A DNA stretch of 64,000 nucleotides. Source: an uncultured delta proteobacterium. Its GTDB lineage: Bacteria > Myxococcota_A > Polyangia > Fen-1088. Position numbers and translations under genes: made by a program. The notes under the pieces were generated by a model. It did not search any database and had not been told where the DNA came from. It was given only the letters and a program-made list of their open reading frames with translations. Below are positions 8,589-18,058 of this stretch, piece by piece. Numbering within the stretch: the first letter of the stretch is position 1; every line of letters starts with the position of its first letter. The stretch spans positions 448,001 to 512,000 of the forward strand of contig CAWCMR010000013.1 of NCBI GenBank assembly GCA_963796685.1, in the 5' to 3' direction.

Positions 8589-10817
8589 ATGTCGCGCGCT
8601 TTGAAGGCCAAGGACGCACCGCCGGCCGCGCTTGCGGATGGATCGGTTTGCCCTGGCAGCGCCGATTTCCAGGCGGCGGTGGGCGAAGCGCGAAGATTGG
8701 CCGGGGTGGCCGGGCGTGGGTTCACGAGCGTCGATGTCCTACTCGGCATGCTTCACGCGGGCGGCGCGGCGGCTCGCCTGCTTGCCGAGCGTGGCGTCAC
8801 CCCGACGGCGATCGCGCTCCTGGCCGCCAAGGTCCGTCCCGATCACGGCGTGGATCCGGTGGCCATCGCGGAGGCCAGCCAGGAGATCGCCCTCGGGCTC
8901 GCGGCGGAGCAAACGACCTCGCTCCACTTGCTCCTCGCGCTCTTACGCGGGGGCGGTGCTGCGGCCGAGACTTTGCGCTTGGCGGGTGTCGATCCCGCCA
9001 AATTGCGCGGGGTGGTCATGCGCATGCTGACCGGGCCGAGCGGCTTGCACGAGCGCAGACTGGTGCGCGAACCGGAAGAGATCTCACCGAGTCAAGCCCC
9101 GCTACCCGCGCTCGACGTGGTGCCAACCGCGGAGGCGCAACCGTCCGGGCAGGGTCAGTCGGTCGCCAGCTCCGATTCGAGCGCGCAATGGGCTCTCCTG
9201 CCGCTCGATCCTCCGCGCGTCCCGGTTCTATATCGCGAGCGCGAGCTGGGCCGGCTGCTCGATCTCTTACAGGCGAAGACCTCCCGCGTGCTCGCCATCG
9301 TGGGAGATCCAGGGTCGGGGCGGTCGGCCCTTCTCTCGGCCCTGGCGGCCTCCAGCCTCCAGCCTCCCGTGTTCCCCTCCGGCGACCTTGGGGCGCCACC
9401 TTCCGCGGGCGCTCTGCTGCAAAGCCTTCATCGCCGCGCTCCAGGCGATGTGCCCGTCGTCCTGGAAGGCGCGTCCTGGCTTGGCCCAGAAGGTGGCGAT
9501 GGTGTGTTGCAGTTGCTGGCATGCGCAGCCGCGGGCAGGCGCTGGCTCCTCTGTCTGACGCCCGCCGACCTGCGCCGCATCGATCTTGGCAGCCCCGATC
9601 TGGGTCATGCGCTGGAAACCGTCGTGCTTGCCACCCCCGATCCCACCATGCTGCGCGAAATGATCGAGACCGGGCTCGACGCCCTGGCGGGCGAAAGTGG
9701 CGTCGCATTTGCCCCCGATGTGGCGCTGACGCTACTGCGCCTTTCTCCTCGCTATCCTTGCGAGCGCGCGCAGCCAGGGCGAGCCCTTGCCATCGCCGAG
9801 GTCGCGCTGGCACGCGCCCAGCGCCTGTCCGAGGTCGAAGTGTCGGCGCGCGCCATCGCCGCCGTGGTGGCGGACGCATCGGGCGTGCCCGCCGGCCAAC
9901 TTTTGCGCGATGACGACGACCGCTTTCGCACGCTGGAAGAGCGTCTCGCCGACCGCGTGGTGGGGCACATCGAGGCGCGGACCAAGATTGCCTCGGTCTT
10001 GCGCCGTAGTTACGCCGGATTTCGCGGGCGCAAGCCGTTGGCGTCCTTGCTCCTTCTGGGACCGACCGGGGTGGGCAAGACCGAGACGGCGCGGGCGATT
10101 GCCGACGCGCTTTTCGACGGCGAATCGGCCTTGGTGCGCATCGACCTGTCCGAGTACAGCGAAGCCCATTCCATCGCGCGACTCATCGGGTCCCCCCCCG
10201 GCTACGTCGCCCACGAGGACGGCGGCCAGCTGACCGAGGCAATCCGGCGGCGTCCGGCCGCCGTGGTGTTGCTCGACGAGCTGGAGAAGGCCAACCGGGA
10301 GGTCCTGCTCTTGCTCTTGCAGATTCTCGAGGACGGCAGGCTTACCGACGGGCGTGGGCGCACGGTCGACTTTTCCTCCGCGGCGGTGGTCATGACCTCC
10401 AACCTCGGCAGCGAGTGCTACCGCCGCGCCCGTACCCCCGCGGCCAATACCATCCTGGCCTTGGCTCGCAGTCGGTTGCCCCCCGAGCTGTGGAATCGCA
10501 TCGACGAAGTGCTGTGCTATGGCCCGCTTTCCGAAGGCGAGCTGACCGCCGTCGTGGCACGCATCGCCCGCGATTCGAGCCAGCGTCTGCAGGCCGAGCG
10601 TGGCATCAGCTTCGCCATCGACGACAGCGTGATCGCGCAGGTCTTGCGCCTGGAAACCGACCGTAGCCTTGGCGCCCGTCCGCTTCGGCGCGCCTTCGAG
10701 CGGCTGGTGGAGGGCCCCTTGGCCAGCGAGATCGTCGCGGGACGCCTGCACCGGGGCGATCGCTTGCGGGTCGTTTGCAACGCGGCAGGCACGCTGGGAA
10801 TCAGCAGCCTGGGTTGA
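8589..10817 (+). CDS. ClpA/ClpC-like AAA+ ATPase with Clp-N repeats, degenerate NBD1 and intact NBD2
   Basis: TSVDVLLGML and TSLHLLLALL Clp-N motifs. NBD2 has GPTGVGKTE, RLIGSPPGYV, VVLLDELEKA, DGRLTD, MTSN and GARPLRR. Confidence 0.88.
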   Translation: MSRALKAKDAPPAALADGSVCPGSADFQAAVGEARRLAGVAGRGFTSVDVLLGMLHAGGAAARLLAERGVTPTAIALLAAKVRPDHGVDPVAIAEASQEIALGLAAEQTTSLHLLLALLRGGGAAAETLRLAGVDPAKLRGVVMRMLTGPSGLHERRLVREPEEISPSQAPLPALDVVPTAEAQPSGQGQSVASSDSSAQWALLPLDPPRVPVLYRERELGRLLDLLQAKTSRVLAIVGDPGSGRSALLSALAASSLQPPVFPSGDLGAPPSAGALLQSLHRRAPGDVPVVLEGASWLGPEGGDGVLQLLACAAAGRRWLLCLTPADLRRIDLGSPDLGHALETVVLATPDPTMLREMIETGLDALAGESGVAFAPDVALTLLRLSPRYPCERAQPGRALAIAEVALARAQRLSEVEVSARAIAAVVADASGVPAGQLLRDDDDRFRTLEERLADRVVGHIEARTKIASVLRRSYAGFRGRKPLASLLLLGPTGVGKTETARAIADALFDGESALVRIDLSEYSEAHSIARLIGSPPGYVAHEDGGQLTEAIRRRPAAVVLLDELEKANREVLLLLLQILEDGRLTDGRGRTVDFSSAAVVMTSNLGSECYRRARTPAANTILALARSRLPPELWNRIDEVLCYGPLSEGELTAVVARIARDSSQRLQAERGISFAIDDSVIAQVLRLETDRSLGARPLRRAFERLVEGPLASEIVAGRLHRGDRLRVVCNAAGTLGISSLG

Positions 10818-10818
10818 G

Positions 10819-13455
10819 CTAGGTCCAGGCCTTCTTGAGCAGCCAGGTCTTCACCGCCTGGGTCAGCGCCACGTAGCAGATGACGGTGACGAAGAGGAAC
10901 GGCCAGTACAATCCCGGCAGCGGCGTGAACCCCAACGCCCCGGCGATGGGCGAGAACGGCAGGTAGAGACCGGTGGCCATCACGAGCAGCGTGGTCAGGC
11001 TCATGGGCCAACTGGCGCGGCTTTGTAGGAGCGGAAGCTTGTTGGTGCGGATCACGTGGATGATGAGCGTCTGCGTGATCAAGGACTCGACGAACCACCC
11101 GGTCTGGAACAGCGATGCATGCGCGGGACTGTTGGCTCCGAACACGAAATACATGAGTAGATACGTGGTGTAATCGAACACCGAGCTGCACGGCCCGATA
11201 AGCAGAATGAATTTGGTGATGTCGTTCATCGACCACGGCCGCGGCCGCGTGGTCTGTTCGGGATCGACGTTGTCGGCGGGAATCGGCACCTGCGAGAAGT
11301 CGTAGAGCAGGTTGTTGGTCAGGATCTGGATGGGCGCCATGGGCACGAAGGGCAAAAAGGCGCTGGCGCCCACGACCGAAAGCATGTTGCCGAAGCTGGA
11401 GCTGGCGCCCATGCGGATGTACTTGAGGATGTTGGTGAAGACCTTGCGGCCCTCCAGCACGCCGTCGCCGAGCACGAGCAGGCTCTTTTCCAAGAGCACG
11501 AGGTCGGCGGATTCCTTGGCGATGTCGACCGCCGAATCGACGGAGATTCCCACGTCTGCGGCGCGCAGACCGGGGGCATCGTTGATGCCGTCGCCCAGGA
11601 ACCCCACCACGTGCCCCTTGCTTTGCAGGGCCAGGATGATGCGGTGTTTGTGGGCGGGCGCCAGGCGCGCGAACAGGGTGGTGCGCTCGACCACGCCGGC
11701 CAGGTCGGCGTCGGACATGCCCTCGATCTGATTGCCCAAGAGCACGTGTTCGGTGGGGATGTCGACCTCGTGGCAGATCTTCTTGCTGACCAGCTCGTTG
11801 TCGCCGGTCAGCACCTTGACCGTGACACCATGTTCGCGCAAGGCCGCGATCGCCGGCGACGTGGTGTCCTTGGGCGGATCGAAGAAGGCGATGTAGCCGC
11901 GCAAAACCAGGTCGCATTCGTCCGATTTCGCGTAGGCCGACTTGCGGTCCAGATCGCGATAGGCGATGGCCAACACGCGAAAGCCATCGGCCGACAAGCG
12001 TCGGTACTCTTCGCGCAGATCCTCGATGAGGACGGCCTCCATGGGCAGGATTTCGCCGTCGTACTCGAAATCCGTGCAGCGCGTGAAGACCTCCTCCGGC
12101 GCGCCCTTGCAGATGAGACGGGTCTTGCCCTCGGGCGTCTCGACGATGACCGACATGAGGCGCCGGGCGAAATCGAAAGGGATCTCGTCGACCTTGTTGT
12201 GGCCCGGGACCTTGAACTGATCGTGGATCTCCTTCTTGTGGGCCAGCACGGCGCGATCGAGGACGTTCTTGAGACCGGTCTGGAAGTGGCTGTTGAGATA
12301 GGCCAGCATGAGGACATCGTCGTCCTCGTCGAGTTGGACGTCGCAGTGTTTTTCCAGCACCACCCGGTCCATGGTCAAAGTGCCGGTCTTGTCCGTGCAC
12401 AGGACGTCCATGGCACCCAGGTTCTGGATGGAGTTGAGACGTTTGACGATGACCTTCTTTTTCGCCATCGCGATGGCGCCCTTGGACAGACACACCGTCA
12501 CGATCATGGGCAGCATCTCCGGCGTCATGCCCACGGCCACGGCCAGCGCGAAGAAGAAGGCCTCGTGCCAGTTGTGCCGCGAGAACCCGTTGATGAGGAA
12601 CACCAGCGGGACCATCACGACCATGAACCGGATCATGAGCCAAGTGAAACGGCTGACGCCCTTGTCGAAGCTGGTTTGCACGCGCTGGCCGGAGATGGCC
12701 TTGGCGATGCTGCCGAGGTAGGTGTTGGCGCCGGTGCCGACCACCACCGCGGTCGCGGTTCCGCTCTCGACGCTGGTGCCGAGGAAGCAGATGTTCTTGA
12801 GCTCCAGCGGCGAGCCGGCGGCGGTGGCCTCCTTGGCGTCGAACTTCTCCACCGGCATGGATTCGCCGGTCAGGCTGGCCTGGATGATGAACAAGTCCTT
12901 GCAGGAAAGCAGGCGCACGTCGGCCGGGATCATGTCTCCCGCCGCCAGCTTGACGATGTCGCCCGGGACCAGCTCGGCCAGCGCGATCTCTCGCGCCACG
13001 CCGTCGCGGACCACGGTCGCGGTGACCCGAATCATGGCTTTGAGCTTGGCCGCCGCAGTATCCGCGCGCGCCTCCTGGACGAACCGCAAGGCCACGCCCA
13101 AGACGACCATCAGCAACATGACGATGGCAGCGCGCAGATCGCCGGTGGCAGCCGAGAGTATGGCAAGGAGCGACAGCAAGATGACCAGCGGGTTGAGCAC
13201 TGCCATGAAGAGCAGGTCGCGCCAGCTGTGGCCTTCCTCTTGCGCGACCGCATTCTGGCCGTGCTGCTCCAGCCGCTGCTCCGCCTCCTCGGCGGAAAGC
13301 CCGCTCGCCGAGGTGGCATGCGTCGTGAAAAGGGCCTCGTTGTCCGCCGCCGAAGCCTCGATCAGCCGCGCGGCGATCCCAGCCGCCACGGCGGCACGGC
13401 CCGGCTGTACCAGACGCTTGGGAAGAATGGATGGTAGCGAGAAGGGATTTCGCAT
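10819..13455 (-). CDS. mgtA: Magnesium-translocating P-type ATPase
   Basis: TGES, TPEMLP, DKTGTLT, AYLNSHFQTGLKN, GDGIND, KYIRMGASSSFGN, FQTGWFVES. Confidence 0.95.
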   Translation of the reverse strand: MRNPFSLPSILPKRLVQPGRAAVAAGIAARLIEASAADNEALFTTHATSASGLSAEEAEQRLEQHGQNAVAQEEGHSWRDLLFMAVLNPLVILLSLLAILSAATGDLRAAIVMLLMVVLGVALRFVQEARADTAAAKLKAMIRVTATVVRDGVAREIALAELVPGDIVKLAAGDMIPADVRLLSCKDLFIIQASLTGESMPVEKFDAKEATAAGSPLELKNICFLGTSVESGTATAVVVGTGANTYLGSIAKAISGQRVQTSFDKGVSRFTWLMIRFMVVMVPLVFLINGFSRHNWHEAFFFALAVAVGMTPEMLPMIVTVCLSKGAIAMAKKKVIVKRLNSIQNLGAMDVLCTDKTGTLTMDRVVLEKHCDVQLDEDDDVLMLAYLNSHFQTGLKNVLDRAVLAHKKEIHDQFKVPGHNKVDEIPFDFARRLMSVIVETPEGKTRLICKGAPEEVFTRCTDFEYDGEILPMEAVLIEDLREEYRRLSADGFRVLAIAYRDLDRKSAYAKSDECDLVLRGYIAFFDPPKDTTSPAIAALREHGVTVKVLTGDNELVSKKICHEVDIPTEHVLLGNQIEGMSDADLAGVVERTTLFARLAPAHKHRIILALQSKGHVVGFLGDGINDAPGLRAADVGISVDSAVDIAKESADLVLLEKSLLVLGDGVLEGRKVFTNILKYIRMGASSSFGNMLSVVGASAFLPFVPMAPIQILTNNLLYDFSQVPIPADNVDPEQTTRPRPWSMNDITKFILLIGPCSSVFDYTTYLLMYFVFGANSPAHASLFQTGWFVESLITQTLIIHVIRTNKLPLLQSRASWPMSLTTLLVMATGLYLPFSPIAGALGFTPLPGLYWPFLFVTVICYVALTQAVKTWLLKKAWT

Positions 13456-13639
13456 AAGCCACTCGGTAACCTGGATTCACGCCTCGCGAGCTCACAGAAT
13501 CGTGACAATCTGGACCCCTACCCGCCTCTACCCGCACCGAGGTCAGTATATCCATCGCGCCCATCGCGCAACCATTTTCGACCCGGAAAACGCCATCGGG
13601 AATGTCGGCTCCATGCGGTATAGTCGCCCCGGACTCTCG

Positions 13640-15077
13640 ATGCTCGACCAGAATCACGGCTCGCACGACCATTTCGCCCATCGGGGTAGCGCTGGCGCCG
13701 AGAAAAGCCGCGTGGCTCTCGTCTCGGTGCTGGCCGCGTTGCTCCTGACCGGGACCAAGGTCGTCGTGGGTTTCTGGACGGGAAGCCTGGGCATCCTTGC
13801 CGAGGCGCTCCACTCGGGGCTCGACTTGGTGGCGGCGCTCGTCACCCTGTGGGCGGTGCGGGCCAGCAGCCGCCCTGCGGACAAGGAGCATGCTTACGGG
13901 CACGGCAAGATCGAGAACCTGTCCGCGCTGTTCGAAACCTTGCTGCTGCTGGCGACCAGCGCATGGATCATCAAAGAGGGGATCGCACGCCTGTTCTTTC
14001 GCGCCCAGGTCCACGTGGACGCCAACCTGTGGTCTTTCCTGGTGGTCGTTCTCTCCATCGCCGTGGACTATTCTCGCTCGCGAGCGCTCTTGCGCGTGGC
14101 CAAGAAACACGACAGCCAGGCCCTGGAAGCGGACGCCCTGCACTTTGCGACGGATATCTGGTCGTCCCTGGTGGTCTTGCTCGGTCTCGGCGGCGTCCTG
14201 GTGGCGCACGCGTTCGAGATTCCATGGCTGGCCAAGGCGGATGCTGTGGCCGCCCTCGGCGTGGCCCTGGTCGTGGTGCTCGTGAGCGCGAAGCTCGGGA
14301 AGAAATCCGTCAACGACCTCCTCGACACCGTACCATCGGACCTGGCCGCGCGGATCGCAGGCTTGGCCCATGTCGTCGGCGTACGCGAAGTCAGGCAGGT
14401 TCGCGTGCGGCGCAGCGGTCCCGAGGTCTTCGTCGACTTGACCTTGGTGGTGGACCGGGGCGAGTCCCTGCAACGTAGCCACGAGAATCGCGTGTGGCGC
14501 CGAGGCGGCCATCAAGCGCGAGCTGCCCAAGGCCGATATCGTCGTGCATGTCGAGCCCGCGGAAGGCTCGGGCGAAGACTTGCTCACAGCCGCCCGCCGT
14601 GTCGCGGCCTCACACGACGCCGCCGCCCACAATCTTCTCGTCTACGAAGAGGACGCCCAGCTCGTGCTCGAAATGCACCTGGAGATGCACGCCGAGTTGC
14701 CCTTGTCGCAGGCCCATCGGCGGACGGTGGAGATCGAGGAAGAGCTGCGCAGAACCACCCCGCGCCTGGCGCGAGTCGTCACCCATGTCGAGCCCGCGGG
14801 CGGGGTGCGCGCCACGACCCTGGCCACGCCAGAGGAGGCCGCGCAGCTTCGCCAAGCGCTGGCCTGCATCCCCGAGCTCTCCGCACGAGGCATCACGCAT
14901 CAAAATATCGAAATAAGGCGTTCGGGGTCTGAATTTGCACTTTCCTTCCGCTGCGCCCTGCCCGGGTCGACCTCGATCAGGGACGCCCACGATTTCACCG
15001 AGAAGATCGAACGCGCGCTACGCAGCCAGGTGCCGAATCTGGGCCGCGTTATGGTGCGAACCGAGCCCATGGAGTAG
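13640..15077 (+). CDS. Cation diffusion facilitator (FieF-like) with three C-terminal dimerisation domains; frameshift at ~14486
   Basis: AEALHSGLD, HAYGHGKIE, ADALHFATD. Removing one A at 14486 gives HEIACGAEAAIKRELPKADIVVHVEP and joins ORF 14544..15077. Confidence 0.87.
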
Positions 15078-15190
15078 AGCTCGCCGCGGGCCGGTCGATA
15101 AACTTCTGCATCATCCGCTTGCATCCAACGGCTTCATTGTGGAAACTATTCGCCGTCTTCCGGGCATCGGCCGTAGAAAAAGGAGCTTTC

Positions 15191-15739
15191 ATGTTACGTT
15201 TTGGATTCGTCGTCATGGTTGGATCGTTCGTTGCCTTCTCGATGGTCGCTTGTGGCGACAAATTGAACCCCAAGGGAAATGCCCCGACCTCGAGCGGCGG
15301 AGCGCCGGCCGGCGGGGCTACCGGCGAAGGCGGAGCCACCGGCGAGGGCGGGACCATCGAAACCATCGACGCCGGCAGCATCGACAGCGGTGAATCCGAA
15401 GCAGGGATAGCCATCGACGGCGGCGCGGGTGCCGGCGGCACGGGTGCCGGAGGCACGGCGGGCGGTACTGGTGGAGCGGGCGGAAGCACGACCGCGACGG
15501 TCAGCTATTCGAAGACCATCGCGCCCATCATGGCCGCCAGCTGTGCCACGTCCTCCAGTTGTCATGCCGCCGGAAATCCGTGGGGTGTCGACCTCGACAC
15601 CTATGCCGGCGTGAAGTCCAATGCCGCTGCCTCCATCAGCGCGATCAAGGACGGAACGATGCCTCCCAGCGGGACGGTATCCGCTGCCAATTTGAAGAGT
15701 TTGCAGGACTGGGTCAACGCGGGCTCGCCCAACAACTAG
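15191..15739 (+). CDS. Lipoprotein with Gly-rich linker and small c-type cytochrome-like domain
   Basis: AGGAG RBS; lipobox MVAC; YSKTIAPIMAASCATSSSCH (CX5CH), MPP (putative axial Met), LQDWVNAGSPNN. Confidence 0.7.
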   Translation: MLRFGFVVMVGSFVAFSMVACGDKLNPKGNAPTSSGGAPAGGATGEGGATGEGGTIETIDAGSIDSGESEAGIAIDGGAGAGGTGAGGTAGGTGGAGGSTTATVSYSKTIAPIMAASCATSSSCHAAGNPWGVDLDTYAGVKSNAAASISAIKDGTMPPSGTVSAANLKSLQDWVNAGSPNN

Positions 15740-15756
15740 GTCAACCAGGTCAAAAA

Positions 15757-16824
15757 ATGACAAACATCGCTCTCCTCTTTCTATCCCTGACCCTTGGCGC
15801 GCAGCCCTCGACCGAGGGCTCCACCGAAAAGACTCAGCCTGCCGCCACGGCCCCTGCGTCCGCCGAGGTACCTGCGGGCACGCCCAAGTCCGGCGAAGCC
15901 CCAGCGCCAACCCCTGCCGCCCCCGCACCGGCACCCGCGGCGACACCGGCGCCCGTGGCGGCACCCGCTCCCGCGCCGCCTCCGATGGCCAAGCCCCCGG
16001 AAGATGAGATCGAGGTCTTGAACGAAGTCGTGGATCTGAACGAAGCCCAGGATCCCGCGGCTGGCTGGTACGGCCAGTCGTTCCCCGAACCGATCCGAAT
16101 CCTGGCCCTGCCGACAGCGCGCGTGGTGCGCAAGGGCGGATTTGACTTCGTCATCGATCACCGGTCCGGGGTACCCATTTACAACAAGGACAGCAATCAG
16201 CCGTTCACGGACATGTGGAACAACTTTCTGGGCTTTGATGGTCCCATGCAAGTAGGACTGGGCCTGCGCTACGGAGTGATCGACAACCTGGATGTCGGCG
16301 TGTATCGCGCGGGCACGCCGGCTCGCACCGACACCTACGAGTTCGATGCGCGTTACCAGGTCCTTCACCAGGCGGACATGGGCATCGACCTTGCCGGACG
16401 AGCAGGCGTGACGTGGTTCTCGCAGCCCAACGCCGATGACGCCTCCGGCTTCTTCGGCCAGATCTTCGCCACCCGCCTCCTCATCAACCGCATCCTGATT
16501 TCGGCCGGGGCGCTCTACCACTCGAACTCGACCAACGATACCAAATACAACCAGGACACGAAGTGGTCCGCCGCGGGCGCCATCGCCGTCGAGGCACGCC
16601 TCGCCGCCCCGGTCGCGCTCGACGGCGAGCTGGTTTCCTGCGTCGCGGGCTACTGCTCGAAGAACCCGGCCTTCTCGGCGGGCGTGAAGTTCTTCACCTA
16701 TCGCCACACCTTCGCCCTGGTGGTAGGCAATACCCAATACATCACCGCCGATGGCTACGTGACCAACACCGATCGTCAGTGGAACAAGATGGTCATCGGC
16801 TTCAACATCACGAGGGAGTACTAG
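15757..16824 (+). CDS. Outer-membrane beta-barrel protein, DUF5777-like
   Basis: Signal peptide, Pro/Ala linker, FDFVIDHR, FLGFD...LGLRYG, HTFALVVGN and C-terminal IGFNITREY, as I recall for DUF5777. Confidence 0.7.
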   Translation: MTNIALLFLSLTLGAQPSTEGSTEKTQPAATAPASAEVPAGTPKSGEAPAPTPAAPAPAPAATPAPVAAPAPAPPPMAKPPEDEIEVLNEVVDLNEAQDPAAGWYGQSFPEPIRILALPTARVVRKGGFDFVIDHRSGVPIYNKDSNQPFTDMWNNFLGFDGPMQVGLGLRYGVIDNLDVGVYRAGTPARTDTYEFDARYQVLHQADMGIDLAGRAGVTWFSQPNADDASGFFGQIFATRLLINRILISAGALYHSNSTNDTKYNQDTKWSAAGAIAVEARLAAPVALDGELVSCVAGYCSKNPAFSAGVKFFTYRHTFALVVGNTQYITADGYVTNTDRQWNKMVIGFNITREY

Positions 16825-16826
16825 TC

Positions 16827-17291
16827 ATGTCGAATTGTCGCTGTTCGCACAGGCCAGCATCGTCGGCGAAGCAGGACGCCCCGACGCAGCCTTCGCGCCG
16901 AGGTTTCTTCGGAACCATGACCGCTGTCGCCGTCGCCCTGCTGGCCTGGCCCAGGGCGGCGTTTTCCGCGGGCAAGAGCTGGGTTGCGGTACCGCTTTCC
17001 AAGGCCCCCAAGCTGGAAAAGGTGGGCGGCTCGATGGTCACCAACATTCGAGGCAAAGAGCTCCTGCTCGTTCGCGACGGCGAGAACAGCGCCCATGCCT
17101 TCGAGGCCAAGTGCCCGCACGAGGGGTGCGACCTGAACTACGATCCCGACACCATCAAGATCGACTGCCCCTGCCACGCCGCCGTCTTCGACATGACGGG
17201 CAAGGTTCTCGAAGGTCCACCACCGCGCCCGCTCAAGACCTATCCGGCCATCGTCGACGGAGACCGAATCCTCTTCAATGTCCCGGTCTAG
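16827..17291 (+). CDS. Tat-exported Rieske [2Fe-2S] protein
   Basis: SRRGFF twin-arginine signal; CPHEGC and CPCH boxes; GPPPRPL. Confidence 0.9.
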   Translation: MSNCRCSHRPASSAKQDAPTQPSRRGFFGTMTAVAVALLAWPRAAFSAGKSWVAVPLSKAPKLEKVGGSMVTNIRGKELLLVRDGENSAHAFEAKCPHEGCDLNYDPDTIKIDCPCHAAVFDMTGKVLEGPPPRPLKTYPAIVDGDRILFNVPV

Positions 17292-17300
17292 GCCAAGCGC

Positions 17301-17996
17301 CTAGCGACCGAAGAGAGCCGCCTCGGCGCGGGGATCGGCCAGGTTCTCGAAGGCGGCCGTCGGGTCGCACTGCTTGAGCTCGGCGAGGTCGTGCATGCCC
17401 GTGGCGACCGCGATGGACTCGGCGCCGATGGCCTTGGCCCCGGCAATATCTTTGGGGGTATCTCCGATGACGACGATGCGGCAGTCCTCGATGGGAAAAC
17501 CCAGCTTGTCCGCGCCCCGGTGCGCGCCCGCCATGAGCAGCGTCGGTCGATCGATGGAATCGTCGCCGAAGCCGCCGAAGCTGAAACGGTGATAGATGCC
17601 GACGCAGCCGAGCTTGATCTCGGCCCCCTTGCGAATGTTCCCCGTGCCCAGGCCAAGCGCGACGTTCTTGCACCCGTCGGCCAGGTCCAGCGCACGCTCC
17701 ATTCCGTCGTGAATGCGGATGCGTGTGCGTGCGACTTCCTCGGCGAGCACACCGATGTAGAAGCGCAACATGTCCTCCATCTCGCGCTCCAACTCGCTTT
17801 CGGGCACGGATGGCCGGCCGAGCGCCAGGAGGGCACTGCGCACGATGGCCTTGTCGGTCATGCCCCCGAAGGAAAAGCTCAGGATCTCCTTCGTTCCATG
17901 GCGCATCTCGAAGGCGCGCTCGATCGCGCGTCGACCGGCGCCGCACGTCGTGACCAAAGTGCCGTCGACATCGAACAACAGGACGGTTGGTTTCAC
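17301..17996 (-). CDS. HAD-family hydrolase (phosphoglycolate phosphatase-like)
   Basis: LFDVDGTL, LGTGN, GGFGDD, VIGDTPKD. Confidence 0.9.
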   Translation of the reverse strand: MKPTVLLFDVDGTLVTTCGAGRRAIERAFEMRHGTKEILSFSFGGMTDKAIVRSALLALGRPSVPESELEREMEDMLRFYIGVLAEEVARTRIRIHDGMERALDLADGCKNVALGLGTGNIRKGAEIKLGCVGIYHRFSFGGFGDDSIDRPTLLMAGAHRGADKLGFPIEDCRIVVIGDTPKDIAGAKAIGAESIAVATGMHDLAELKQCDPTAAFENLADPRAEAALFGR

Positions 17997-18058
17997 GGCC
18001 GGTAAGCTGCCCCCCACCAGCGGAGAATGCAAGAAACAATGATGGCCTTGGGCGACGG

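Noticed and set aside
8589-10817. ClpV (TssH) serving the vgrG locus
   Set aside because: It lies 15 kb away, has no tss neighbours and has a degenerate NBD1; no ClpV-specific features were seen.
13456-13639. M-box riboswitch or MgtL leader upstream of mgtA
   Set aside because: No recognisable consensus and no Pro-rich leader ORF.
10517-14632. 1371-aa minus-strand ORF and other long overlapping ORFs (e.g. 40989..43352 +, 50137..52221 +, 61997..63907 +)
   Set aside because: Arg/Gly/Ala-rich shadow frames of well-supported genes, as expected in high-GC DNA.
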